Shown here in pieces: positions 36,916-49,894 of a DNA stretch of 64,000 nucleotides. The stretch spans positions 124,001 through 188,000 of the forward strand of contig MU005976.1 in the NCBI GenBank assembly GCA_010093745.1, given 5' to 3'. The stretch is from Piedraia hortae CBS 480.64 (taxonomy: Eukaryota). The stretch's first letter is position 1. The number at the start of each line of letters is the position of its first letter. The translations under genes were made by a program, and so were the position numbers. Under the pieces are notes generated by a model, which was given only the letters and a program-made list of their open reading frames with translations, was not told the origin of the DNA and made no database searches.

Positions 36916-39493
36916 ATGTCGCCCTCGCTGACCTCCCGTCCGCTGTCCCGCGACTCTCGTCCCATCAGTCGCGGCGACGACCATCTGCTGATTCCGAACC
37001 GCACCTCGTCGCTGCATTCGCGCGTTCAGCAACCAACAGGAGGCCAGATGCAGGCCCCCAAGACGCTGACCCATGCCTACATGGTATGCGGAGTCGGGCG
37101 AGAACCGTCGCAGTGGGTGCGCGCCCCGGCTCCGTCGCAGGGCAAGATTGCGCACATGAAGGGAGCCGTCGGCGGCTTCTGGTTGCCAGAAATCCTCGGC
37201 AGCAGTCCGCGACTGGATAACGATGCCGAGCTTGCACGCGCGCTACACGCAGCAATGCGCGCCTGTTTCCCGCACGATGTCGAGATTTGCTCGGGATCAA
37301 GTCAGCCGCACTGTCTACACCATGCCTTTGTATTGCAGCAGGACTCGGCTCACACGCTATACGGCATCGCGCTGCGCGTGTGGTCGCGCGCTGATGAGAA
37401 GCGTGCCGAGACGATTCGCGAGTTGCGGCGACGGGGAGACGAGGCTGATAGCAGCAGCGGTCCTTTCTGGATTCCCTACTGTCTGACTTTCCTGTCCCGC
37501 TATCCGCTGTACAACCTCTTGGGCGATTACTTGCGTGGTATGTGGATCCATTGGAACAAGGCCACGAACCTCTTCCACGCCGAGGAAGTCTCCCGTATTC
37601 TCTCTTTTCCTGCTCCGCGCCTTAATGATCTCGTGCGCATCGACATGAAAGATTACGCTCTTTGTTATCAGTTTCCGTCTAGCCCATCGGCCTTTCAAAA
37701 TTTCGATCTCTGGCCATTATTTTGCTGTCTCTCTCTACCGAACCTTGTCGGGCTGTTGGAAGCTGCCGTGTCTCCCACGCGGAGGATTATTCTTCTGTCA
37801 CACTACCCGGCCATGCTGACTGTTGCGGCTGAGACGGTACGCTTTTTGGTTCGCGTATACGAGTGGAGCGGTCTCTATATGCCCGTCGTTCACGCGCGGC
37901 ACGCGGCTTCGTTGGTGGAGGAGCCTGGCCCTTACATGCTGGGCATAACATCCGAGTGCCGGTCGCTTTTCACTGCTCCGCCCGATGCTCTCGTTGTCGA
38001 CCTCGATCGCAATTTTGTCCTTACCTCTAGCCCACCCATGGCGTGGTCGACGAAGCAGCGAACGAAACTCATGACCCGTTTGACACAGGCGTTGCAGGGT
38101 GATGTCGTACCGTCCGGCGTTCCACAACATCTCCGTTCTGCCTATGGCGGCGGTAAGCTTATTCCCGCTGGTCAGATCATTGTCATGCGCGGCGAGGTCG
38201 AGCGGGTGCAACCGCCAGCCTGGTGGCGACAGGACGAGGTGATGCAAGTCATGGATGCGGCGTGCGAGAAGTTGGTATATTCCACAGTCCCTGCAACTTG
38301 AAAATCTCTGCTGACCGATCTAGGGTAAAAATTCTACCATCAAAGCCCTTTTTGGCAGCTCTCAGAAGACACCGCTAGTGACCAAAGTGTCAACACGCCA
38401 TCTCAATGAGATCGTGCGTGAACGGAACCAGTATTCACGAGATGCTGCAGATGCCTGGCAGGACCTTGTCACCCTCAAGGGCCGCCTGGACACGGAAGTT
38501 TCCAAAGTTACTAAACGCAACCAGTTCCTAGTTGATGAGCTCGACAACTGGAAGCAGCAGTTCCTCAAGTTCCAAGCATTTGCCGAACAGCTGACGGCCG
38601 AAACTGGCGAGCTCAAGGCGCGCATCGACCAGCACAAGCGCGAGAACCGCCGTCTGACGGGTCTCATCGAGCAGCACAAGGACGATGCAGCCCGCCTCTC
38701 TCTGCGCCTCTCCGGTACCGAAAAGCAGCGCGACGACGCCCTCGAGGCCCTCGTCTTGCAGCAGGAAATCGCCCAAGAGCTCGAGCGCGAACGGAAGCGC
38801 AATCGCAAGGACCTCTCTGCCCTGCAACACACAAACACTAAACTTCTCCGCCAGCGCGACGATGCTCAGCGAGTCGTTCTCCATCTGCGTGCCCTTATCG
38901 ACGGTCAGGCCCACCACATGGAGCACATTGTGAAATCCATCCGACCTCCGGAGCCCTCGACCGTGCCCGGGGCCTTCAACTCGGACCAAGAAGATACCAT
39001 TGATCGTCTTCTCTCTGCAAACGGCCGCATGGATGCCGCCGACCGCCATCTTCGCGACAAGACCGACGCGATCGCGTACATCATCCGCAACATCTCAGAG
39101 CAATGTGCAGCGGCAGTCGAAGGGCTCGATCTCGCACGCCGCGCCGAAGCATCAGAAAAAGTCTCCCACGCCACTACTCCGCGGAGGCAAATGAAGACCT
39201 TTTCCCGCAGCACATCCTCCGAGTCCGGATCAGAATACGGCGACGCACAGTCTGACAGCGCAACAACCTACAAATCCTCCCTTGCCCTGCCTCCGACCCC
39301 GGACCTCGTTCACGACCGAAGCTCAACCTCAATGAGCGTCAACAGTGAAAACGCTCCAACGCCGAAACATCAAAGCCTTGTGCATGCGGTCGTTCAGGAC
39401 GGAGACGCGCCACAGGTCCCCGGTGTCGAAGAGGTCGAGCCCGTCACAAAGTATAGTCCGCGAGGATTGCCTGCGCGCAGGGTTGTGACTTAA
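36916..39493 (+). CDS. DENN-domain protein with C-terminal coiled coil; intron 38275-38323
   Basis: DENN-like core (PYCLTFLSRYPLY, WPLFCCLS, YMPVVHA..EPGPYMLG). The 49-nt GT..GCTGAC..TAG intron joins the two ORFs in frame. Confidence 0.85.
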
Positions 39494-41873
39494 TGTTTGG
39501 GAGGTGTATTTCTATGATGTGGTAGGGAGTGGGTTCGGTTGTTATTTTCTCTCTAGGGGTGTTGGGGGAAGAATGAGATTGTATATCTAGGGATTAGGTT
39601 ATTAGTGGACTAACTTATGGGATCTTATTGCAGAATATTGATGTGCTGGGCGTAGGGGTTTAAGTAACCGCGACCATGCCATGCGTATCTTTAGGAATGA
39701 AATTTGTTATGTTTTGCATTTCTGACAGGCCTTGGCAAACAAGGTCCAGGGTTTATGGTTGATGGCACGGCACGGCACAGGAGGCATGCCTAGGATTAGG
39801 ATAATATTTTAGCAGCATGGAAGTCGCTCAAGGAGCTGTGGATGACGATGACAAGAACGGAAATGCCGACTCCTTGCAATTCATTTCCAAGCAGTCAGTA
39901 GTGGGGGGGAACTGACGCTTCTGTTTCATCATCTGGTGCGAAGAGGTAGCTGAGGATCTAGCATGTGACTACACTAGCAGTAGTCTGCAGTAGTCTACAT
40001 CAGCATATATTAACGTGTGCTAAAGTGCATTGGCGCATTATTAGCGTCTCCTGCAGGCCCTTAGTATTGGGCATGTCAGGTGGCATGCCATTCTCCTTAC
40101 AAAGTTAAAGTGAGTCGGTCGAGTCCTTTATGGCGAATGCCATCGCTCGAGCAAGTGTCTGACAATTCAACCGTTCCGAGTAGATTGGCGTTCAATGGTG
40201 TTCTTCCAGATGACTTGCATGAAGCCTTGGCTTGGCTGGTTCTTGCCCAGTAGGGAAGGAAAGTTTATGAAGAGGATAAGCTTAACATCATGATATGTGC
40301 CTGCATACTTGAAAATCAGGTGTTTAGTGTGTCTGTGTGTTCTTTCTTTTAATAGGTGGGTGAGTAGGTCGGGAAGGAGATTTGTGGGGAATAAAACTAT
40401 CGGACCGCTTTTGGCAAAACTAGTGTATAACTCTAATCGACTATTTCGTGTGGTGCTATTCGCGTTTAAAGTGTTGATCAAAAGTGTGCGCGCAATTGAA
40501 AAGACACAGGCAAAACCCCATCTACCATAGTACCGCCCCCTGTGCGGGTCGTAATCCTCACACGAACCCTGCCTGCCCTGCTTCAGGGCATTATCAGCCT
40601 CCTTGGCATGTGAATAGGGATTCCAGATGGGAGATTCGTAGTTGTCGTTCTCTGTCCTCCTGTTCCTTCGCCAGCGTAATCCTTGTAAACGATTTCCTCT
40701 CCAGGAGTGAATGCTCCGCACAAATTGTCGTTTGCGTGGGCTTTATCGCCGGCGTTGGCCTTGGAGGCGAGGAGTTTCGGTCCTTCTTCAGGCTTGGCAG
40801 TGTTGTTGCCTGAGAACGAGTCGAGTGTCACATGCCTGGTTCGCCAGGCATTCCTTTGCAGGAGCCCATGATTATATATCAAGCCTTATAGCTTCCATAC
40901 AAGACCATATCTTGCTCGAACCTAGGCCTGTGCGTTTTCCGGCAAATTATTGAGCATTTTGCGACGACCCCCAAAAAGGAAGGAAGGAAGTCTGTTCCTA
41001 AGGTAGATAACGAGCTTTGATGGCATCGAGGTAAGAAAGAAAATTCATGATGTATAGAACCAAGGTGGAATGTAGGAACGAGAGTGTATAAAAAAAATTG
41101 TGGCAGGGTCCCCTCTTCGTTCAAAAAATTCTGAATCCCATCTGCGTGAGGTGTGGAGTTGAGAGAAAATGGTTGTCTTGGATGATAGCAGAAATTCTTG
41201 AGGGGTCCCGTGTGAAAATAGTCATGAGTGAAGCTTGGATCAAAGCTTCTTATCTTATATTGATAATACTAATTTGACCTGAGAACAAGCAGTAGTCAGA
41301 TGGATTCAATGAGAGTGCAGCCAAGGGTGCAAGCGCAACATTCGTGGATGATCGTCTCGAGGCACAATACTCTACAGGCTCATCAGAAATATGTCGCCTG
41401 TTATAACTGTTGTTAAACGTATGTACATTTTTTATAGGCTCAAGGACAGAAACCTGAAAGTAGCGGCAAGGGTTTCACGCCGATGCATTTGTTTCTAAGA
41501 CTCTCTAAAACCGATATCAGGGCAATGGTGTTCACAGTGGTCTAAATAAATAGACCAGAAGAGGAAATGTTCCTTCGGGACATACAGCAGATTGTCTCCT
41601 GGGGAGAAGAAGAGATTTGCGCAGTCCGCCGTATTCACATAGGGTAAAGTAAATCTTCACCTCCTTGACTTGCACGCAGCATTCGTACGGGAGTTGACAT
41701 GAAAGTCATGAATTTTCTCTAAGTCAACTTTTTACCCAAGTTAAGCTCAACATCTACTCTTCATTTTTACCAACGAAATCATATGCTTCATTTTCTCCTT
41801 ATCCTCTGCACTCAGTTTCTTACACAGCGACTCCGACCTCATTCAAGATCATCAGCATTTTATCATCACAAGG

Positions 41874-43100
41874 ATGTTACCGAGATATCGCGCCAATACC
41901 CCGCGTAGGGTGACAATGGCCACTGCTCTTACAGACGAAACTTACACGATGGAGAGTCTCCCGTATATACAGCCCAGGAAATCTCAGCCTGCAATTAAGG
42001 AACCAATTTCCTCCACAGTTGCAGGAGAGGCAGAGTTTAATTCCGCCGCTGGCAAGGCCTCCCCAACCAGGAGCCTCACACCCATCAACGTGGACTCAGA
42101 GTACGACACTACCTATCATGGAGAGATTAAACTCCCCACGGGCCGAGCCTGGCGTTCGATGCGGATCGCTTGGCTGCTCTTCATTTCTGTGGTCCCTGTT
42201 CTTGCACTCGCGTCTCTGTGGCATGCTTTGTCGTTGGGAGAACAAAGCCGGCTCACCCAGGTGTTTGCCGACAGCAACACTGAACAGTATAACAATGCGA
42301 ACAATGAGCAGCGGCTTGATGTCACACTAGCACGCAAGCTAATCGACGACTGTATCTCTGCTCTTCATGCTGATCTCCGCACGGAGCTTGCCCAAGTGGA
42401 GATGTGCGCGACAGAGAAGCTGTCTGTGCAAGCAGAGTCGGCGCGTACGAAGCTCGCGCACGCTGAGAAACTCACGTCAAACCCAGCATTTCAAAACCAA
42501 CAGCGTGCCATCAGCGAGCGCAACTTTCTGTCCCCTGCTCTTAGCGCACGCATAGACTTGCGCCAAACATCCCAAAGTGCCTCTAATCACATGGCTCCCA
42601 TCATCGCTCTGCAGTGCTGGCGGGGGGAGGGCGACTGTTGGTGCACGGCGCCCTCCAAGCCCGGTGAGGTCAAGGCCTAGCTGGTTACCAAGCTTAACAG
42701 TAGGATTCATTCGCGCGAAGCCATTGTGGAACATATTCTCGTACACGGCGCCAAAAATCCCTATGCTCCGCCTGAAAACATGACGTTCTGGGTTCAGGCT
42801 CCCGCTAAAATTATAGAGCAGGTCCGTGACGCAGCGTATGCGCACTTCGACCTCGCGAAATTGGCTCAATGCAGCAGCCAACCATCGTCTCAATAACATG
42901 TTTTTGCCGGGACGGGACGCTATGATGCCAGCGCAAAGAATTGGGTCCAGAGGTTCCCCATTATTTCTGGACCTGGAGACTGTGCTCGAGGGTATTCAAA
43001 GATCATTGTGCGCGTCACAACCAACTTGGGCGCGCCGTCTACGTGCCTGTACCGCATCCGAATGACCGGTGGTTTGCCTAGAGTTGGCGTGGAGAGTTAA
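41874..43100 (+). pseudogene. SUN-domain (Sad1/UNC-84-like) membrane protein with two in-frame stops
   Basis: TM helix and coiled coil, then NFLSPALSARID, GDCWC, VEHI, YD, VTTNLGAPSTCLYRIRMTG. One frame throughout, broken only by TAG 42678-80 and TAA 42894-96. Confidence 0.8.
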
Positions 43101-45369
43101 GCTGTTCAAACGTGTGCTAGATAATGTTCACGTGTTCCGAAGGGACATGATAAATTTCGCAAGAGGTGCGTCGATACTGGACTTTCATGGCAGCGGCCTG
43201 CTGATTTGGTCGTAGAATCGCTATTCCACTAAGCAAAGATTTGTTCAGTAGCATGTTCATTTCCCCCTGTTTTCCCCTTCTTTTTGGTGTTATGGACCCT
43301 TTCGAATGTTACGATGGTCAAAGGGGAGGCACACGTATTTCTTCAAAGCACATCACAAGACTGCTTTCCATTGAACGGTATCTCGCAGCATTGTTCGATG
43401 TTATGTGGTCGATCAATAGGTAGCTCAGCCAACAGTCTACATACCGACGAGCTTATTCCACCATAATTGGTGATTTACAGCACAAATGAAATATTTCACA
43501 ACCTCAAAAGCCGAAACATGTTGCTGCTGAAATTTTCCCACCGCAAAGCTCTTGTCTTTTGGTCATTCCCGTTCGCCAATCAAAGGGCAAACCGAAATTT
43601 TACCTGATTGCCAAGGGATATTCAAATGTTACTATATTCAACTTGCGTGACTGTATTAATACCTTGAAAGCATTCTGCACTGCCTATAGTGCGGTTTAGT
43701 GAAGGATGACGTCTCCTTCTGCTTGACTCTAGCAACGCGCAAGCGATCGACCCTCCGCCTGCCGTAACTACAGTATATACTAAGATAAGCCAACATACGG
43801 AAGCAATTCCGGAAGAAAAATGCTTGGGGTCTGTCTACCTCATCCTTGGCTGGTGGGAATTATACCATTAGACGCTGTCGCCTTTTTCTCATCCACTAGA
43901 CATCCCAGCTTTTAACATGAACTGGAATCCCCTTTCCAATCGGCGAAACCGTTGCAGCGTGTCATCAACTCGCCAATGCCGTATATGTCGGGAAGAAGAC
44001 GAGCTCTGAAGCTCATCGGTACTGAACACGCTCTTCTCAAATGGCAAACTCATTTGCAAGGGCAAATGCAACGGCAGTCCGGATTACGTGCGCGAAAGAT
44101 GTCTGCTAAAGTGACGTACCTGCTCTCGGAAATCACAGCAGAAGTACAGATGTTGCACAAGTGCGTATATGTCTTCCGTCGAAGGCCACCGAAAGTTGCT
44201 GATATGATCAAGATATTGCTCCTCATGGTGCTGTTTCTATTGATTATGTGCTTTCCAGGGACGATTGTGCTGTCACTCCTCTGGATCAATGTAGCAGTGC
44301 CGTGGATGGAAGTATTTCTGTGCGATCTTTCATCTGCTCTTCAATGCGATCTTATAAATCGTCCGAGCTGCTGGAACTCGCCGATCATCAATAAGGGCAA
44401 AGTATGCGGATATATGCCTGAGGAACATTTCATCAAAGGTATGTGGCATTGTTGTATTATAGTTGTTATGAGACACCTGATAAGGCGCCAAAACACCCTT
44501 GAGTGACTTGGTATCTTTAAGCGCTCGAACAACCGTGAGCCGATATCTTGGCATTGGGCGGCCCTGGATCGTGTGCTACGGGCGAACATTCTTGTGGACT
44601 CTTTATTTATGGGGTGAACTCATCAAATACCTTGAAACCTCCATAGTCTGCAAATGTGCTGGAAACTTATGGTAGGAAATGACAGCCAGTTACATGGAGC
44701 CGTTTTCAGAGCTTGCCATGACTCTGGAAGTGTTAGCATTGATCGACCCATCGACTTCGCCTACCTCCCATCTTGCTACCAACTCTCTGCTGCTAAACTC
44801 CGCCGCTGGTTAAACCAAAAAATCAGCCGTTGAGTTGCTACTCATATCGGTTGCTGCTGTCATAATTGCGGTGGTGACATGGCGCTACAATCGTGCCAAG
44901 CATCAGCGGAAAATGCGGGACAAGAAAATCAATGATGTGCGCTACGAAGTTATCATGACGCAGCTAGTTTCTAAAAGCCATGAGCAACCGCCACGAAGAC
45001 AGTACTTCGACGAAGTTGGCAGATCTTAAGAAGACAAGCGACGACCACCGTGTGGCGTTTGGAGAATGTCGGCAGTAACGTGATACCGATGGAAGCATAA
45101 TCGGACTCAACATTGGGAGCACATGCTCGGTTAATTGAGCCTACTACTACGTTGCTTATCGGTCGGAAACAAGCATACGGGAATGTGATTAAAGTTTATG
45201 CAAGTTTGAAATGTCACATCGAGAGTTTTGCCAAGACTCCTCCTCCTCCTCCTCATTTCCTAGATGAGCGATGCTGACAAGCGCACACCGCCATTAACAT
45301 CCTAACAACTTGTACTGATGGGGAGATTGAGGCAATCATCAAGCACGTTCTACCCCTGGGATCTACCAC

Positions 45370-45787
45370 ATTTACCGATCCTTTGACATTTCTCTGGAGA
45401 CGATATGGACTGCCATTGGATCCGTGTTCCAGTACAGGACCATACCGACTGCCCAAACACGTGTTCAGTCCCTGCTGATAAATCGTTGCTCCAACGACTC
45501 CGCTCAACCACCAGCACTATGTGCCAATAGATGACGCCACTCTCTACATTTCCAACCCCGACAATACCTTTGATGCGTGTAATGTGTATTCCAATGGCAA
45601 GGCGAGCGGCCCTTACATGAAAAATGCCGATGGATCTGACTACATTGAAGTAGTACGCCCTGGCTACACGGTGTTTACCGATTGGTTCCTGCCTCAAGCG
45701 ATCTCATGGTGGCCGGATTCTGCGAAGGATCACTCTGACGACATCCCTTGGGATGTTATTTGGCTGGACATGAACTTCTCCTACTAG
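45370..45787 (+). pseudogene. Glycoside hydrolase family 31 (alpha-glucosidase) internal fragment
   Basis: LETIWTAIG, HQHYVPIDDA, NADGSDYIEVVRPGYTVFTDW and DVIWLDMN correspond to the GH31 motifs ETIWTDID, HYVPIVD, GAVWPGYTVFPDW and GIWIDM. Confidence 0.75.
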
Positions 45788-46298
45788 AGTACTTGGGGCT
45801 TGGGAAGGTCTTCGAAAGGAAATTGACAGGTGACAGGACTCATTATACCTTTCAATCCCAAGTCGAGATGAGGCTCCTCTCGGAGAACCTTCGGCCTGCT
45901 TGTAACTAATAATTTTGCCTTTTGCTAGGAAGAGGTTCACGCCGTGCCTGTATGGTGGTGTAGAAGAGTGTCTCCCCGTTGCGTATGTGTGTGATAAAGT
46001 AGGGCACATTTAGAGCCGGTTTCTTCATTGACAGGAACTCGATGAGCTTTGGTACGGGTTTGGTGATTTTACGGGCATCTCCATTGGCGCGTAGGATAAT
46101 CACGGACAGAGCGAGAATGGTTTGTCAAGTGCGATTCATCGATGGCGAAAGAGCCATTCTCGAAGGCGGCAGACATGATGCGAATATGGTTTTATATCAT
46201 TCTTAAATTCATCCTCGGCGCACGGATGCCAGAGCCGAAACTAATGCATCATGATGATTACGCTCCAAAATTGTCCAGTCTTGTCATTGAGCATCTTG

Positions 46299-47360
46299 CT
46301 ATCCACTCCAATACGTTGCCCACTTGCTCCTTCCCCTTACGACATCAACAAAGTTTCTTGCTAGGACCCTGTTTGCTTGTTCTCCAAGGTGCACCACATC
46401 ATACCAGAGGAAGCTGTCCGGGGATGGATCTACCTCGCAATTTTCCCTTTGCAAGTCGCAGTGTGCCGCATACCCTGTGGAGTTTGCAGGGGCAGTGCCG
46501 TTCAGATATTTTGAAGGGTTTTCATACATGTCTTCTACCTGCCATGGTTTAGTTGATCGTGGGAAATTGTGATATCAACTTACCAGGCCATGTATATCAA
46601 ATATTGCGACTTCAGCACCTGGTAGGTCCAGTCTTTTAGCTGCATAGAGCTGATTGCCATATTCGTCTATACTAATCGTTATATCCGTAACGTTCTGATG
46701 GTCTTCAGATTTGGTGGACCAGTACCAGGTCGGTCCCACATCATTGGGTGGACCTGCGTACACCGGTGTCTTGTCGAACGGCAACACGTTAAAGACAACA
46801 AAGTGTCTCGCTCCGGTATCATATAGCCGCTTGACTTGGTTAAAGATGCAATTTATAGCATCATCTACACTCCTGTTCCAAGGATTACCGCGTACAAATT
46901 CGCCCCACTCGACACTTCCAATCCATATGGCATAGACTGTTGAAGCTTGTGGAACGTTCAGGAAAGGCTTTCCCGGGATTTTCTTCTTGCTTTCAGCAAC
47001 ATATGTGGGGAGTTGGTACGCTTCGATATCTGGAAGAGTCCTCTCTGGAACGTTATTGGTAACCGGCGTCAAGTAGCTGGAACAAACAGCGTTAGAGATG
47101 GCGTAGTTGTAGAGATTGCATCCTGTGTATTGCTTCACATAGTCAACCCAAGGTCTACCACCGTCGAATGCGTGGTAATTCACTGGATTGACCCATCCAA
47201 CTGGGGGCACTGTGTAGTTGTGGCTGACATAATAACTCCAACGAGAGTCGTCGGTAAAATCATCACCAAAAGAGACCAACGAGGTGAATCTGAAACGAGA
47301 CCATTTGTTCTCTGCTGGAACCGCTAGTGCAGTTGCAATGATGGTAAGCAAGAAGAGCAT
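46299..47360 (-). CDS. Secreted SGNH/GDSL (CE16 acetylesterase-like) protein, catalytic Ser absent; intron 46583-46539
   Basis: Signal peptide, SFGDDFTD, GGRPW, NYAISNAVCS, AIWIGSVE, FLWYDVVHLGEQ motifs. 45-nt GTAAGT..CAG intron. Confidence 0.85.
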
Positions 47361-47711
47361 CTTGATCTGTATAAAAGGTCATCGGGGCCGCAGTATTTAA
47401 GGTGACTCAGGCCGACTTCTTATGCTCCTTTTCGTGTTCGAGGATAAGATGTTAGCTATGCATCGTATCCGTGCTATTCTGCGAAGAAAGCGAGAAATTT
47501 AGCTTTAAGCCTTGAGTAAGCCATCATTACGAGAGGTTAAGGAACAGCAGGATGTTAAGAATATCATAGGTACTGGGGAGCCTCGCATGCAAGGCGCTAT
47601 CATGTAACAGCTTTCAGCCAATCAGATTGGCGCAGAGGTGCATCACCAAACTCCTAACCCTACTGTCGCATGACTCGTGCCCGACATCCTCCCCTCTCCC
47701 AAGCCTGTCGC

Positions 47712-47731
47712 CAGCAGCAGCAGCAGCAGCA
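47712..47731 (+). repeat. (CAG)6 microsatellite immediately before the CEF1 ATG
   Basis: cagcagcagcagcagcagca directly upstream of ATG 47732. Confidence 0.8.
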
Positions 47732-49894
47732 ATGTCGGTGGTCAAGGGTGGTGTGTGGACAAATGTGGAGGATGAGATTCTCAAGGCGGCGGTTTCCAAG
47801 TATGGGCTGAACCAATGGGCGCGAGTTTCGTCGCTGCTGGTGCGCAAGACGGCGAAGCAGTGCAAAGCGCGGTGGACAGAATGGCTGGACCCGGGCATCC
47901 GCAAAACAGAATGGTCGCAAGAAGAGGACGAGAAGCTGCTGCATCTGGTCAAACTGATGCCGACGCAATGGCGCACCATCGCTCCGCTGGTCGGCCGCAC
48001 CGCGACCCAATGTCTCGAGCGGTACCAGCGGCTGATGGACGATTTAGAGGCGCGAGAGGCTGCAGGCGAGCTGGGGCTGAGAGGACCAGAGGGCGGCGAG
48101 ACGGCCGCACCTACAGCCGACGACCTACGTCGTTTGCGACCCGGACAGGAAGATCCCGACCCAGAATCCAAACCGGCGGTTCCGGATGCCATAGACATGG
48201 ACCCCGTGGAGCTTGAGATGCTGTCCGAGGCGCGAGCACGTCTGGCTAACACGCAGGGCAAGAAGGCCAAGCGGAAGGCGCGGGAGCGGCAACTGGAGGA
48301 GAGCAGGCGACTTGCGGTGCTGCAGAAACGACGGGAGCTCAAAAGCGCGGGGATCAACGTCAAATGGTCATCGCGGAAGAAGGGAGAGATGGATTACAAC
48401 ACAGATATTCCGTTTGAGAAGGCTCCGGCCCCGGGCTTCTACGATACCCAAGAGGAGATTGATCGCAACGAAAGGGAGAAAGAAACGTTCGATCCGCGTA
48501 AGCAGCAGTTGGCCAATAAACGCAAAGGGGAAGAACAGGAGAAGCCGGAGAACAAGCGGCGGAAGGATGATTCCGGCAAAGCGGCCATGGCTAATCAGTT
48601 GGAGAAAATGCGCGAGGCGGAGCGGAACACCAGACGTCGACCTTTGCAGCTTCCCGCCCCTCAAGTCAGTGAGGTGGAGCTCGAGGACATTATCAAGATG
48701 GGTATGACGGGTCAGATAGCGGAAGAAGGGGAAAACGGCTCAACGCAGGGTCTGGTGGCTTCTTATACAAACGTCGTTGACCCCACGCCGCTGCGGACTC
48801 CTATGGTTCCCAAGGGCCAAGATCGGATTGTCAATGAGCTTCGGAATGCCCGGGCGAGAGAGAGCATGAACTCTGCTCTCCTTGGCGGTGAGAACGTTGA
48901 CCTTGCAGATGAAGGAACAACGGGCTACGCAGGCGCAGAGCCATCCAAGCAGGTGCAAGCAACGCCAAATCCGCTGGCAACGCCTCTTAGGTCAGGCATG
49001 ACTCCGGGCATGACTCCAGGACGTACGCCCCGCGATGCCCTTCAACTGAATCAAGGCCAGATGCAAGACACGATGCGTTTGGGGCTGCGGTCGAAACTAG
49101 CGGCTCTGCCCAAGCCTCGTTCGGTGGAGTTTGAGCTGGAACCTCCCGAGGAGCGGGCGGAGGAGGTGCAAATGGAGTTAATGCAGGAAGATGCAGCAGT
49201 CAGAGACCGCCGCAAGGCCGCCGAGGCGCAAGCCTTGGCGATGAAGGAGTTTCGCCGGCAAACGCAAACAGTGCAACGTGGACTTCCTCGACCAAGCATC
49301 ATCCGCGTAGAAGAATTGATGGAAGAGGCTCAAGCCCAAGAAGACGCAATCGAGCGTCAGGTTTCTGAAGAAGCCATCCGTCTCATGGTCCATGATGCGG
49401 CAAAATTTGGCGGGGCACAGGTGCGTGGGAAGGTTGAAGCGCCAAGGTATTTCAGCGAAGAAGCTCTGCAGCGTGCGAACATGGAGGTTGTCCTGGAAAT
49501 GGGCGGTAAAGGGGGATATGATCTTGACTGGACAAAGCGTGATGAGACAAGCCCTACTCCCGAAGAAGCCTCGAAAGCTTTGAGCCAGTTGCAAGACGAA
49601 ATCAGAGCCTCTGCAGAGCGTTGTGCAGTTGTGGAAAAACGTCTGGCAAAATTACAGGGCGGTTACGCTGCTAGACAGCAGACTTTGCTTCGAAAGATTG
49701 CCGCTGCTGCCGGGAAGCTGGACCGCAAACGCTTGGATGTCGTCGTCGCTAGAGAGACGGACATTTGGGAACAGGCGGAACTGGCTGAAAGGTTAGAAAA
49801 ATTACGTGACGAGGTTGCATTTGTGCGCAAACGAGAGAGAGAGGCACAGGAGGAGTACCGTGTGGTCAGAGAGGAGTTGAGTGTGCAGTCATAG
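47732..49894 (+). CDS. CEF1: Pre-mRNA splicing factor Cef1/Cdc5
   Basis: MSVVKGGVWTNVEDEILKAAVSKYGLNQW, two Myb repeats, EMLSEARARLANTQGKKAKRKARE. Confidence 0.95.
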   Translation: MSVVKGGVWTNVEDEILKAAVSKYGLNQWARVSSLLVRKTAKQCKARWTEWLDPGIRKTEWSQEEDEKLLHLVKLMPTQWRTIAPLVGRTATQCLERYQRLMDDLEAREAAGELGLRGPEGGETAAPTADDLRRLRPGQEDPDPESKPAVPDAIDMDPVELEMLSEARARLANTQGKKAKRKARERQLEESRRLAVLQKRRELKSAGINVKWSSRKKGEMDYNTDIPFEKAPAPGFYDTQEEIDRNEREKETFDPRKQQLANKRKGEEQEKPENKRRKDDSGKAAMANQLEKMREAERNTRRRPLQLPAPQVSEVELEDIIKMGMTGQIAEEGENGSTQGLVASYTNVVDPTPLRTPMVPKGQDRIVNELRNARARESMNSALLGGENVDLADEGTTGYAGAEPSKQVQATPNPLATPLRSGMTPGMTPGRTPRDALQLNQGQMQDTMRLGLRSKLAALPKPRSVEFELEPPEERAEEVQMELMQEDAAVRDRRKAAEAQALAMKEFRRQTQTVQRGLPRPSIIRVEELMEEAQAQEDAIERQVSEEAIRLMVHDAAKFGGAQVRGKVEAPRYFSEEALQRANMEVVLEMGGKGGYDLDWTKRDETSPTPEEASKALSQLQDEIRASAERCAVVEKRLAKLQGGYAARQQTLLRKIAAAAGKLDRKRLDVVVARETDIWEQAELAERLEKLRDEVAFVRKREREAQEEYRVVREELSVQS

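Noticed and set aside
95..43100. Dynein, kinesin and SUN genes as a nuclear-migration cluster
   Set aside because: They are separated by unrelated genes and the SUN copy is broken. Co-location is likely chance.
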